NCBI RefSeq assembly: GCF_006345805.1 | Contig: NW_021835436.1 | Location: 1-37,249 of the forward strand | DNA length: 37,249 nucleotides | Origin: Octopus sinensis | Lineage: Eukaryota | Direction of reading: 5' to 3' | Position numbers and translations under genes: made by a program | The notes under the pieces: generated by a model | Databases searched by the model: none | Told to the model about the DNA's origin: nothing | What the model saw: only the letters and a program-made list of their open reading frames with translations | In this document: positions 22,264 through 33,557 of the stretch, piece after piece | Layout: each line of letters begins with the position of its first letter | How positions within the stretch are numbered: position 1 is the stretch's first letter

Positions 22264-22434
22264 ATTGAGCATAATATAATTCATACTGTCCGGCAATGTC
22301 CAGGTTAATTTGACCCAGACATCCCCTGGCAGTGTAACAAGTCAGTAAACCATAGGATTTTGCTCTCAACAAAATATAGATATTGTATTTTACAAATGTA
22401 TTGATTTCATTTTTTTTTATCTAATTATCAAATT

Positions 22435-22796
22435 AAACGTAGCTGTATGGTTAAGAAGTTTACTTTTGAAACACATGGTTAAGGGTTCAATTCCACTGCA
22501 TGAACATTGTCAGATGATGCTCTATATCAGTGCTTTTCAAACTTTTTGCTGGAGCGGAACCCCAGGGAAACATACCACTGGCTCGAGGAGCCCCTGTGCA
22601 ATAATTTAATAGTCTTATGCACACATATCTGCACAGGAGAATTAAAAATTACTGCCGATTTTAGCAGTTTTGTAACTTCCTGCGGAACCCCTGGACTGTA
22701 CTGGCGGAACCCTAAGGTTCCGTGGAACTCTGGTTGAAAACCACTGCTCTATATTATAGCCGTGGTCAACCATTGTCTTATGAGTGAGCTTGGTAG

Positions 22797-22800
<4 letters not shown>
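22435..22800 (+). mobile_element. Old SINE family 1-like copy interrupted by a hAT MITE
   Basis: Head GTAGCTGTATGGTTAAGAAG...GGTTCAATTCCACTGCATG lies before the MITE; body TATAGCC...CAACCATTGTCTTATGAGTGAGCTTGGTAGA lies after it. Confidence 0.7.
22528..22746. mobile_element. hAT (Charlie-like) MITE, 219 bp
   Basis: TIRs CAGTGCTTTTCAA / TTGAAAACCACTG (1 mismatch); perfect 8-bp TSD CTCTATAT at 22520-22527 and 22747-22754. Confidence 0.93.
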
Positions 22801-22835
<35 letters not shown>

Positions 22836-23140
22836 TACATATATATATATACACACTATTAGTTGAATACAGAAATGTCTTAGATTGAATTCCTTCTAAG
22901 CGTTCTTTTTGTATGTGTTTGTGTGCTAGAAATATTTCATATGTTCACTTTGAATTTCTCTAATTTTGGATAACCTTGATAACATTGTGTTAACATATAT
23001 TTTCAGAAATATTAATTTCAATATTTTACCCCCCCACACACACTCACATGTTAATACAATAGAAACAATTGTCGGGTTTATATGGTAAATTCTAAAATAA
23101 GGATATAATTTCCTCTACATAAATTTTTTGTTGTTATATA

Positions 23141-23741
23141 TTGAGACCCTTGCAGATCTATCTCTAGCGTAAGAGCGTCCACATAGTGGATTCCCTCTCA
23201 TATTTGTGTATTAATAATATTTACTGAATCTCAGTCTTTTATACGCAAGGCCACTGGTGTTTAAATTGATGTTATTAAATTAATATCCAATTTTTTCACT
23301 CTCATTTTGACTTTAATTATAAATTAATATGTTCTTAAACCAGCGTTAACTACTGCAGTGAATTACTTATGCAGTATTTATTTCCGGGAATTTGGCGCAC
23401 TAGAACGAGGGCATTTGAATATAACTGTGAATATAATCGGCCGAACTACTTGTATTTTTGACCTCGTGTTGATATCTGGCGTGCAGTTCGACAAATTATA
23501 TTTTATGACGAATCTCACTGATGATCTGTAGATTTATTGTGTAAGTAAAATTGCATAATTTATTATCAGTGAAACAATTGTATGGGGTTAATCTATATTT
23601 TTGTTATTTTTCATTTGTCCTGCTCGCTTACGTTCATAGTGTGCTAAATTTTTCTTAGAACAATTCTTAGTGGTTGAGACCCTTGCTGATCTATCTTTAG
23701 CGTAAGAACGTCCACATAGTGGATTCTCTCTCATATTTGTG

Positions 23742-23744
<3 letters not shown>
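23141..23744. repeat. 71-bp direct repeat pair (23141-23211, 23674-23744)
   Basis: 4 substitutions in 71 nt, no indels, 533-bp spacing. Confidence 0.9.
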
Positions 23745-23790
<46 letters not shown>

Positions 23791-23792
<2 letters not shown>

Positions 23793-24205
23793 CGCAGGAG
23801 TGGCTGTGTGGTAAGTAGCTTGCTTACCAACCACATGGTTCCGGGTTCAGTCCCACTGCGTGGCATCTTGGGCAAGTGTCTTCTGCTATAGCCCTGGGCC
23901 TACCAATGCCTTGTGAGTGGATTTGGTAGACGGAAACTGAAAGAAGCCTGTCGTATATATGCATATATATGTGTGTATGTATGTGTATATGTTTGTGTGT
24001 CTGTGTTTGTCCCCCCCAACATCGCTTGACAACCGATGGTGGTGTGTTTACGTCCCCGTAACTTAGCGGTTCGGCAAAAGAGACCCGATAGAATAAGTAC
24101 TAGGCTTACAAAGAATAAGTCCTGGGGATGATTTGCTCGACTAAAAGGCGGTGCTGCAGCATGGCCACAGTCACATTACTGAAACAAGTAAAAGAATAAA
24201 AGAGT
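23791..24205 (+). mobile_element. SINE family 1, full length, directly after (TA)n
   Basis: GGCGCAGGAGTGG head to AAAAGAGT tail. Confidence 0.95.
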
Positions 24206-25009
24206 ATGAAATTAATTTGATAGAATGCTTTATAATTTCATAGAAGGTTTTAAAACAGAAAATTTCTATCGTGGCACCAGGTTGGTCCCAGGTGGGTTGC
24301 AATCAAAAGGATTTAGACAAACATGATGGAAAAATCTGGAAGCTAAATCATATGATGAGGATATTTCTGTTGAAATACACTGAGTTTGTTAAAATTAATT
24401 TTGAAAATATTAAAATATTTCGTAAAATAATTTTGTCCTAATTAATTAAGCTGGTGTTTGTAATATAAATTAACATAAAATTTTAATGAAAGGATTCAAT
24501 GTAGATCATTTTAAAACAAAATGTTTATACATACGTACAGGAGTGGCTGTGTGGTAAGTAGCTTGCTAACCAACCACATGGTTCCGGGCTCAGTCCCACT
24601 GCATGACACCTTGGGCAAGTGTCTTCTGCTATAGCCCCGGGCCGACCAAAGCCTTGTGAGTGGATTTGGTAGACGGAAACTGAAAGAAGCCTGTCGTATA
24701 TATGTATATATATATATGTGTATGTGTGTGTGTGTGTTTGTGTGTCTGTGTTTGTCTCCCTAGCATTGCTTGACAACCGATGCTGGTGTGTTTATGTCCC
24801 CGTCACTTAGCGGTTCGGCAAAAGAGACCGATAGAATAAGTACTGGGCTTACAAAGAATAAGTCCCGGGGTCGATTTGCTCGACTAAAAGGCGATGCTCC
24901 AGCATGGCCGCAGTCAAATGACTGAAACAAGTAAAAGAGAGAAAGAAAAGACAGTATATTAGAGAACCAGGGGTGATCTCTGATGGGTTTGCATGAAAAG
25001 GTTTAAGAC
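24205..25009 (+). repeat. AT-rich repeat family 5 (tandem units with spacer), split by a SINE
   Basis: The unit end GAACCAGG...GGGTT...AAAAGG(A/T)TT(T)A-GAC occurs at ~24275-24318 and 24963-25009; an inverted homologue lies at 26516-26755. Confidence 0.7.
24538..24950 (+). mobile_element. SINE family 1, full length, inserted in repeat family 5
   Basis: Head to tail present. Confidence 0.93.
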
Positions 25010-25905
25010 TAGGGCTGGCCAAACGGAGGCCCGTGGGCCGCATGTGTCTTTCTCTCTTTTTTACTCTTTTACTTGTTTCAGTCATTTGACTGTGGCCATG
25101 CTGGAGCACCGCCTTTAGTCGAGCAAATCGACCCCAGGACTTATTCTTTGTAAGCCTAGTACTTATTCTATCGGTCTCTTTTGCTGAACCGTTAAGTTAC
25201 GGGGACGTAAACACACCAAATCAGTTGTCAAGCGGTGTTGGGAGGACAAACACAAACACATAAACATACACAGTTTCCGTCTACCCAATCCACTCACAAG
25301 GCTTTGGTCAGCCTGAGGCTATAGTAGATGACACTAGCCCAAGGTGCCATGCAGTGGGACTGAACCCGAAACCATGTGGTTGGTAAGCAAGCTTCCTACG
25401 GCACACCCACTCCTGTGCCCATATATATATATATATACATATATACGACGGGTTTTTTTTTTTCAGTTTCCGTCTACCAAATCCACTAACATGGCTTTGG
25501 TCGGCTCGAAACTATAGTAGAAGACACTTGCCCAAGGTGCCACGCAGTGGTACTGAACCTGGAACCATGTAGCTGTTAAGCAAGCTACCTTACCACAGAG
25601 CCACACTTGCACCCACAGACTTTTATCTTGCGGCCCGCTTGATACTTTCTTGAAATGGGTTTATTTAAACAAACATTTAAAAAATTTTATCAAAAATTGA
25701 AGATTGTAATGAAAAGTAAAAAAAGAAAGTTACTAGTGTTTTTGCAACGATAATATTTCATGTTGAATCACCAATCCTTCATTCATTACTGTAATAACAG
25801 AATGAGAAAGCAAAATGCTTTCAATTCTGTTAGTTTACAAGCTGCCCTCAAAAAACTTTGTGTGATTAAAGTGGCCTGCAATGTAATTTGAGTCGGCCAG
25901 GCCTG
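25010..25905. mobile_element. Old hAT-type MITE (~340 bp of its own sequence) containing nested SINEs
   Basis: Ends TAGGGCTGGCCAAAC... and ...AGTCGGCCAGGCCTG; subterminal GGCCCG motifs; flanks TTTAAGAC / GTTAAAAC (6/8 match). Confidence 0.7.
25050..25613 (-). mobile_element. SINE family 1 head-dimer nested in the hAT MITE
   Basis: Full copy 25050-25420 (linker partly deleted) plus an extra 5' half at ~25440-25613. Confidence 0.88.
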
Positions 25906-25920
25906 GTTAAAACAAACATA

Positions 25921-26516
25921 GGCGCAGGAGTGGCTGTGTGGTAAGTAGCTTGCTAACCAACCACATGGTTCCGGGTTCAGTCCCACTGCATGGCATCTTG
26001 GGCAAGTGTCTTCTGCTATAGCCCCGGGCCGACCAATGCCTTGTGAAGGGATTTAGTAGACAGAAACTGAATGAAGCCTGTTGTGTATATATATATATAG
26101 GCGCAGGAGTGGCTGTGTGGTAAGTAGCTTGCTAACCAACCACATAGTTCCGGGTTCAGTCCCACTGCGTGGCATCTTGGGCAAGTGTCTTCTGCTATAG
26201 CCCCGGGCCGACCAATGCCTTGTGAGTGGATTTGGTAGACGGAAACTGAAAGAAGCCTGTCGTATATATGTATATATATATATATATGTGTGTGTATATG
26301 TTTGTGTGTCTGTGTTTGTCCCCCTAGCATTGCTTGATAACTGATGCTGATGTGTTTACGTCCCCCGTCACTTAGCGGTTCGGCAAATGAAACCGCTAGA
26401 ATAAGTACTGGGCTTACAAAGAATAAGTCCCAGGGTCGATTTGCTCGACTAAAAGGCGGTGCTCCAGCATGGCCACAGTCAAATGACTGAAACAAGTAAA
26501 AGAGTAAAAGAGAGAG
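25921..26516 (+). mobile_element. SINE family 1 head-dimer A-A-B
   Basis: Heads at 25921 and 26100; one tail. Confidence 0.94.
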
Positions 26517-26755
26517 TGTATTTCAACAGTAATATCCTCGTCACATGATTTAGTTTCCAGATCTTTCCGTCATGTTTGTCCTAATCCTTTTGATTCCAAC
26601 CCACCTGAGACCACCACTCCTGGTTCTATGATTGAAATTTTCAGTTTTTAAATGATTTCAATTAAAAAAATTCCATCAAAAATTTCATGTTAATTCCTGT
26701 TCCAAAACCCATATTAATACTGACAAAATTTTTTTCCAAATTTTTTAATTGAAAC
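26516..26755 (-). repeat. Repeat family 5, inverted copy
   Basis: Reverse complement aligns with ~24250-24383, including the spacer GACAAACATGA(T/C)GGAAA(A/G)ATCTGGAA. Confidence 0.8.
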
Positions 26756-26756
26756 G

Positions 26757-27261
<505 letters not shown>

Positions 27262-27429
27262 ATGGCCAAGTATTCCTACAGAAATATGACAACATACAAG
27301 TCAAGCAATATTCATGTCTGATGTACAACTCACTGGTGTAATTGTCCCCTACTTTCAACCTAGAAAAGAGAATTCCCAGACAGGTTGGGAGAACAATTCT
27401 CTAAAATGAATACCTGTTTGATGCCTTAG

Positions 27430-27506
27430 GCAAATTCCTGGGGCTACTCTATTGAAGATATTAGCTTCTTGGTTCCTAACCGTCCTATATCCACAATATC
27501 AACCAG
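27430..27506 (+). CDS. Candidate 77-nt exon, product unidentified
   Basis: TGTTTGATGCCTTAG| ... CCAG|GTACAAG. Open frames ANSWGYSIEDISFLVPNRPISTIST or QIPGATLLKILASWFLTVLYPQYQP. No recognised domain. Confidence 0.2.
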
Positions 27507-27559
27507 GTACAAGTTGCACTTGGCATCTTGGGGACCGTTTTTGCAGTATGATGTGAATG

Positions 27560-29225
27560 AGAGAGATAGTGTTAGGATGGTGTTGTAGTAATGTTATGGG
27601 ATGTGTGTGGAGTGAGTGGGAAACATAGTGTTGTTAGGTGTTGCAGTAGTGTTGTGAGGTATTGTGGGACGTTGTGAGGATGGTGTTGTAGCTGTGTTGT
27701 GAGGTATTATTGGACGTTGTTAGGATGGTGTTGTAGTAGTGTTGTGGGGTGTTGTTAGGATGGTGTTGTAGTAGTGTTGTGAGGTATTGTTGGACGTTGT
27801 TAGGATGGTGTTGTAGTAGTGTTGTGGGGTGTTGTTAGGATGGTGTTGTAGCTGTGTTGTGGGGTGTTGTTAGGATGGTGTTGTAGCTGTGTTGTGAGGT
27901 ATTGTGGGATGTTGTTAGGATGGTGTTGTAGTAGTGTTGTGGGGTGTTGTTAGGATAGTGTTGTAGCTGTGTTGTGAGGTATTGTGGGATGTTGTTAGGA
28001 TGGTGTTGTAGTAGTGTTGTGGGGTGTTGTTAGGATGGTGTTGTAGCAGTGTTGTGAGGTATTGTGGGATGTTGTTAGGATGGTGTTGTAGCAGTATTGT
28101 GAGATGTTGTTAGGATGGTGTTGTAGCTGTGTTGTGAGGTATTGTGGGATGTTGTTAGGATGGTGTTGTAGTAGTGTTGTGGGGTGTTGTTAGGATGGTG
28201 TTGTAGCTGTGTTGTGAGGTATTGTGGGATGTTGTTAGGATGGTGTTGTAGTAGTGTTGTGGGGTGTTGTTAGGATGGTGTTGTAGCAGTGTTGTGAGGT
28301 ATTGTGGGATGTTGTTAGGATGATGTTGTAGTAGTGTTGTGAGATGTTGTTAGGATGGTGTTGTAGCTGTGTTGTGAGGTATTGTGGGATGTTGCTAGGA
28401 TGGTGTTGTAGTAGTGTTGTGGGATGTTGTTAGGATGGTGTTGTAGTAGTGTTGTGGGAATTGTTAAGTTGGTCTTGTAGTGTTGTGGAATGTTGTTAGG
28501 ATGGTGCTGTAGCAGTATTGTGAGATGTTTTAGATGTGTGTGGACTGAGTGGGAGAGACAGTGTTGTTAGGATGGTGTTGCAGTAGTGTTGTGAGGTGTT
28601 GTGAGAAGTTGTTAGGTTGGTGTTGTAGTAATGTTGTTAGGATGGTGTTGTGGTAGTGTTGTAGGGTGTTATAGCAGTGTTGTGAGATGTTGTAGATGTG
28701 TGCAGACTGAGTGGGAAAAATAGTGTTGTTAGGATGGTGTTGTAGTAGTGTCATGGGATGTTGTTAGCATGGTGTTGTGGTAGTTTTGTAGCAGTATTGT
28801 GGGTGGTTGCAGATGTGTGTGGAGTGAGTGGGAGAGATAATGTTGTTATGGTCGTGTTGCAGTAGGGTTGTGAGGTATTATGGGACATTGTTAGGTTGGT
28901 GTTGTAGTAGTTTTGTGGGATGTTGTTAGGATGGTGTTGTAGCAATGCTGTGGGGATGTTGTTAGGATGGTGTTATAGCAGTGTTGTGAGGTATTGTTGT
29001 ATGTTGTTATGATGGTGTTGTAGTAGTGTCATGGGGTGTTGTTATGATGGTGTTATAGTAGTGTCATGGGGTGTTGTTATGATGGTGTTGTAGTGTCGTG
29101 GGATTTTGTTAGGACGGTGTTGTAGTAGTGTCGTGGGATGTTGTTAGGACAGTGTTGTGGTAGCACGGAGGGATGTTGTAGTTGTGTGTGGAGAGAGCAG
29201 GAGAAGTAGTGTTGTTAGGATGGTG
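27560..29225. repeat. G/T-rich minisatellite with an 80-bp (35+45) higher-order core
   Basis: GTTGTTAGGATGG anchors at 27911, 27946, 27991, 28026, 28071, 28106, 28151, 28186, 28231, 28266 and 28311. Confidence 0.95.
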
Positions 29226-29599
29226 CTCTAGATTCATCTGGGCTTGTATAGAAGAGGAAATTAGCAGACAGGTTTTATTGTAATGTAGAAGCGCGAGCAA
29301 AGGACCTGTCAAGGCTAAATCAAAGATCTCCCGATCATTGAATTATTAAAAAAAAAAAGAAAAAGTTGTAAAGACAACAACAAAAGCAGCAAAGCATGCA
29401 AAACAAACAATCGAGAGCTGCTTTTCAATTTCAATGGTCCAAGGAAGAGATAATTCAGTCACTGGAAAGTGAAAGTGGACTGACTTGTGTGCGTAGGTAT
29501 TGAGAGACGTGTTTACTTAGCAGAACACCCTTTCAGAAAATGTGTCAGTAGGTGGGTTGAAAGAAAGAAATCCGTTCTTGTTGTTGTTGTAAGTATCTG

Positions 29600-29658
29600 C
29601 AAAAAGAAGAAAAACAACAACAACAACGATGATAATAATAATGATAATAAAGATAATG

Positions 29659-29695
<37 letters not shown>

Positions 29696-29961
29696 TAATA
29701 ATAAAGATAATAAAGATAATGATAATAATAATAATAATAAAAATAATAATAAAGATAATAATAATAATGATAATAATAATAATAATAATAATAAAGAAAA
29801 GAAGAAGAAGAAGAAAGATAATGATAATAATAATAATAACAATAATAATAAGAAGAAGAAAGATAATGATAATAATAATAATAATAATAATAATAAAGAT
29901 AATGATAATAATAATAATAACAATAATAATAATAATAATAATAAAGATAATGATAATAATG

Positions 29962-30005
<44 letters not shown>

Positions 30006-30082
30006 TTCTTTTAATGATGAGGATGATGATGATGATGATGATGATGGTGGTGATGATGATGATGATGATGATGGGGATGGTT

Positions 30083-30135
<53 letters not shown>

Positions 30136-30150
30136 GGTGGTGGTGGTGAT
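29600..30150. repeat. Compound triplet array (AAC)-(AAT)-(GAT)-(GGT)
   Basis: Direct inspection. Confidence 0.95.
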
Positions 30151-30259
30151 GTGTTTATTGAACGTTGTTGGCTGATCGATTTTCCTTTTTTTTTTTTATG
30201 AAAAAAGCTACCAATTTATGGATTAGTCTGAGTCGATGGCGCTGGTGTTGTTGCTGGGG

Positions 30260-32130
30260 TGGTGGTGGTGGTGGTGGTAGTGTTGTCGGCAGTAGTGGCG
30301 GCGGTGATGGTGGTGGTAGTGTTGTTGTTGGCGGCAGTGGTGGTGGCGGTGGTGTTGGTTGTAAGGGTGGTGATTGTATTGGCTGTGGTTGCAGTGGTGG
30401 TAGCGGTGGCATTGGTGGTGGTGGTGGTGGTTGTAGTGTTGGTGGTAGTGGTGGTGGTGATTGTATTGGCTGTGGTTGCATTGGTGGTAGCAGTAGCATT
30501 GGTGGTGGTGGTGGTGGTGGTTGAAGTGTTGGTGGTGATTGTATGGCTGTGGTGCAGTGGGTAGCAGTGGCATTTGGTGGTGGTGGTGGTGGTGGTTGTA
30601 GTGGTGGTGGTGATTGTATTGGCTGTGGTTGCAGTGGTGGTAGCAGTGGCATTTGGTGGTGGTGGTGGTTGTAGTGGTGGTGGTGATTGTATTGGCTGTG
30701 GTTGCAGTGGTGGTAGCAGTGGCATTGGTGGTGGTGGTGGTGGTGGTTGTAGTGGTGGTGGTGATTGTATTGGCTGTGGTTGCAGTGGTGGTAGCAGTGC
30801 CTTGGTGGGGTGGTGGGGTGGTGGTTGTTGTTTGTGGTAGTGGTGGTGGTGATTGTATGGTGTGGTTGCAGTGGTGGTAGCAGTGGCATTGGTGGTGGTG
30901 GTGGTGGTGGTTGTAGTGGTGGTGGTGATTGTATTGGCTGTGGTTGCAGTGGTGGTAGCAGTGGCATTGGTGGTGGTGGTGGTGGTGGTTGTAGTGGTGG
31001 TGGTGATTGTATTGGCTGTGGTTGCAGTGGTGGTAGCAGTGGCATTGGTGGTGGTGGTGGTGGTGGTTGTAGTGGTGGTGGTGATTGTATTGGCTGTGGT
31101 TGCAGTGGTGGTAGCAGTGGCATGGTGGTGGTGGTGGTGTGGTGGGTGTAGTGGTGGTGGTGATTGTATTGGCTGTGTGGTTTGCAGTGGTGGTAGCAGT
31201 GGCATTGGTGGTGGTGGTGGTGTGGTTGTAGTGGTGGTGGTGATTGTATTGGCTGTGGTTGCAGTGGTGGTAGCAGTGGCATTGGTGGTGGTGGTGGTTG
31301 TAGTGGTGGGGGATTGTATTGGCTGTGTGGTTGCAGTGGTGGTAGCAGTGGCATTGGTGGTGGTGGTGTGGTGGTTGTAGTGGTGGTGGTGATTGTATTG
31401 GCTGTGGTTGCAGTGTGTGGTAGCAGTGGCATTGGTGGTGGTGTTGTTTTGTAGTGGTGGTGGTGTGGTGATTGTATTGGCTGTGGTTGCAGTGGTGGTA
31501 GCAGTGGCATTGGTGGTGGTGGTGTGGTGGTGGTGTAGTGGTGGTGGTGATTGTATTGGCTGTGGTTGCAGTGGTGGTAGTAGCAGTGGCATGGTGGTGG
31601 TGGTGGTGGTGGGTAGTGGTGGTGGTGATTGTATTGGCTGTGGTTGCAGTGGTAGTGGGTAGCAGTGGCATTGGTGGTGGTGGTGGTGGTGTTGTGTAGT
31701 GGTGGTGTGATTGTATTGGCTGTGGTTGCAGTAGTGGTAGCAGTGGCATTGGTGGTGGTGGTGGTGGTGGTTGTAGTGGTGGTGGTGATTGTATTGGCTG
31801 TGGTTGCAGTAGTGGTAGCAGTGGCATTGGTGGTGGTGGTGGTGGTGGTTGTAGTGGTGGTGGTGATTGTATTGGCTGTGGTTGCAGTGGTGGTAGCAGT
31901 GGCATTGGTGGTGGTGGTGGTTGTAGTGGTGGTGGTGATTGTATTGGCTGTGGTTGCAGTGGTGGTAGCAGTGGCATTGGTGGTGGTGGTGGGGGTGGTG
32001 TTGTAGTGGTGGTGGTGATTGTATTGGCTGTGGTTGCAGTGGTGGTAGCAGTGGCATTGGTGGTGGTGGTGGTGGTGGTTGTAGTGGTGGTGGTGATTGT
32101 ATTGGCTGTGGTTGTAGTGATAGTAGTGGT
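30260..32130. repeat. ~78-bp (72-78) minisatellite built on (GGT)n, ~24 units
   Basis: Unit GTAGTGGTGGTGGTGATTGTATTGGCTGTGGTTGCAGTGGTGGTAGCAGTGGCATT(GGT)n; anchors at 30911 and 30989 give a period of 78. Confidence 0.95.
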
Positions 32131-32715
32131 AGTGGTGATGGCGATGATAATGGTGATGATTGTAGTGTTGATAGTAGTGGTTGTTGATGGCGATTGTATT
32201 GGCAGTGGTTGCAGTGACATTGTTGTTGTTGGTGGTGGCGGTAGTACGATTAAAAGTTGTGGCAGGGCTTTTGATGTTGTGCTGGTAGTGGTTACTGTAT
32301 TACGAAGGCGTTATTGTAGTGGTAGTAGTATTGGTGGTGGTAGTAGTATTAGTGGTGGTGGTGTTGATAGTGTTGTGATGGTAACATTATAGTAGTGTTG
32401 AGAATAGTGTAGTGTTACTGTGCTGGTTGTAGTAGTTATGAAGTGGTGTTAGTGTTGTTGTGAAGGTGGTAGCATTGGTAACAGTAGCAGTACTGTGTTG
32501 GTGGTAGTATTGTGGTGTTGGCAGCATTGTGTTGTAGTTGTGGTGGTAGTGTAATTGTTGCGGTTGTGGTAGTGTTGTGTTGGCCACAGTGCTATGGTGT
32601 TGGCAGTACTGCATTGGAGGTAGTACAGTGTAGTTGCGTTGTTGTGGTGCTAGAATTGTGTTGGTGGTAGTATTGTGGTATTGGCAGTGTTGTGTTAATG
32701 ATAGTGTTGTAGTAG
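32130..32715. repeat. Degenerate GTA/GTT/GTG low-complexity tract
   Basis: Direct inspection. Confidence 0.85.
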
Positions 32716-32717
32716 CA

Positions 32718-33031
32718 ATTTTTATTCAGTCAAAGTGTATCTAGGACTACATTATCTAACGTGTCCTTTGTTGGTGTTGTTGTTTAACCCCAGGTCAGTC
32801 CTGATCCAGTTGACCAATGGTCAAAAGTGTTCCAGCTGTGATCACCTTGTCTTTTATTCAGTCAAAGTGTATCTAGAACTACATTATCGAATGTGACTTT
32901 CAGTGTTGCTGTTTAGCCTCAGGTCACTTCTGATCCAGCAGACCTAATATCAAAGATATTTCCAGGCATGGCCATCCTGTCTTTTACCCCAAAATATCAT
33001 ACCAAGGACAACACAAAGTAATGTGTCCTTC
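32718..33031 (-). repeat. Dispersed repeat family 4, ~2.5 tandem units
   Basis: TTTTATTCAGTCAAAGTGTATCTAG(G/A)ACTACATTATC occurs at ~32720 and ~32852. Confidence 0.8.
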
Positions 33032-33088
33032 TCTCTCCAAACATATCTGGAATTTAAAACATATTAATATAAGCCATTCACAAAAATC

Positions 33089-33557
33089 AATGCAACAGTA
33101 ACACCCCCACCACCCTGCCCTGTCCCTAGCCATATTCAGATGGCTTTAGTCCCTTAGGTATGGAGCAGTTACTGTCTATCTCATTTAGAGAAGAATTATT
33201 ATTGCTGTCGAACAGATTTCGAAATCAGCAATGTATTTTGCTTGAAAATATATATAAATATCCTGCAGAGGGGTTGTTCGTCGAGAGGAAACGGGGGCCT
33301 ACCACACATAATGATAGGCAATACACCTTGAAACCTAGGTCCGTGTGTGTGGTTTCCGCTTCATCGGGGAATTATCTCCTTTGCAGGATAAAGGACACCG
33401 TGATGGTGTCAAGCTATCTGGCGACGTTGATGTTCGCCTGGGGCTAAATGCAACAGTAAACACCCCCACCACCCTGCTGTCCCTAGCCATATTCGATGGC
33501 TTTAGTCCCTTATGTTATGGAGCAGCTACTGTCTATATCTCATTTAGAGAATTATTA
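33089..33557. repeat. ~112-bp direct repeats (33089-33201, 33447-33557) flanking 245 bp of unique sequence
   Basis: Copies differ mainly by 1-3 nt indels. Confidence 0.92.
33387..33455 (+). CDS. Candidate 69-nt symmetric exon, product unidentified
   Basis: ATCTCCTTTGCAG| is a strong acceptor and ACA|GTAAAC a possible donor; frame 0 reads DKGHRDGVKLSGDVDVRLGLNAT. Confidence 0.3.

Noticed and set aside
29487-30201. Asn-rich, Ile-rich and Leu-rich ORFs
   Set aside because: (AAT)n translation; all frames are open by composition.
33325-33375. Minus-strand CCGATGA-AGCG-GAAAC resembling a third hammerhead
   Set aside because: Stem II is only 4 nt with no pairing, and stem I is not complementary.
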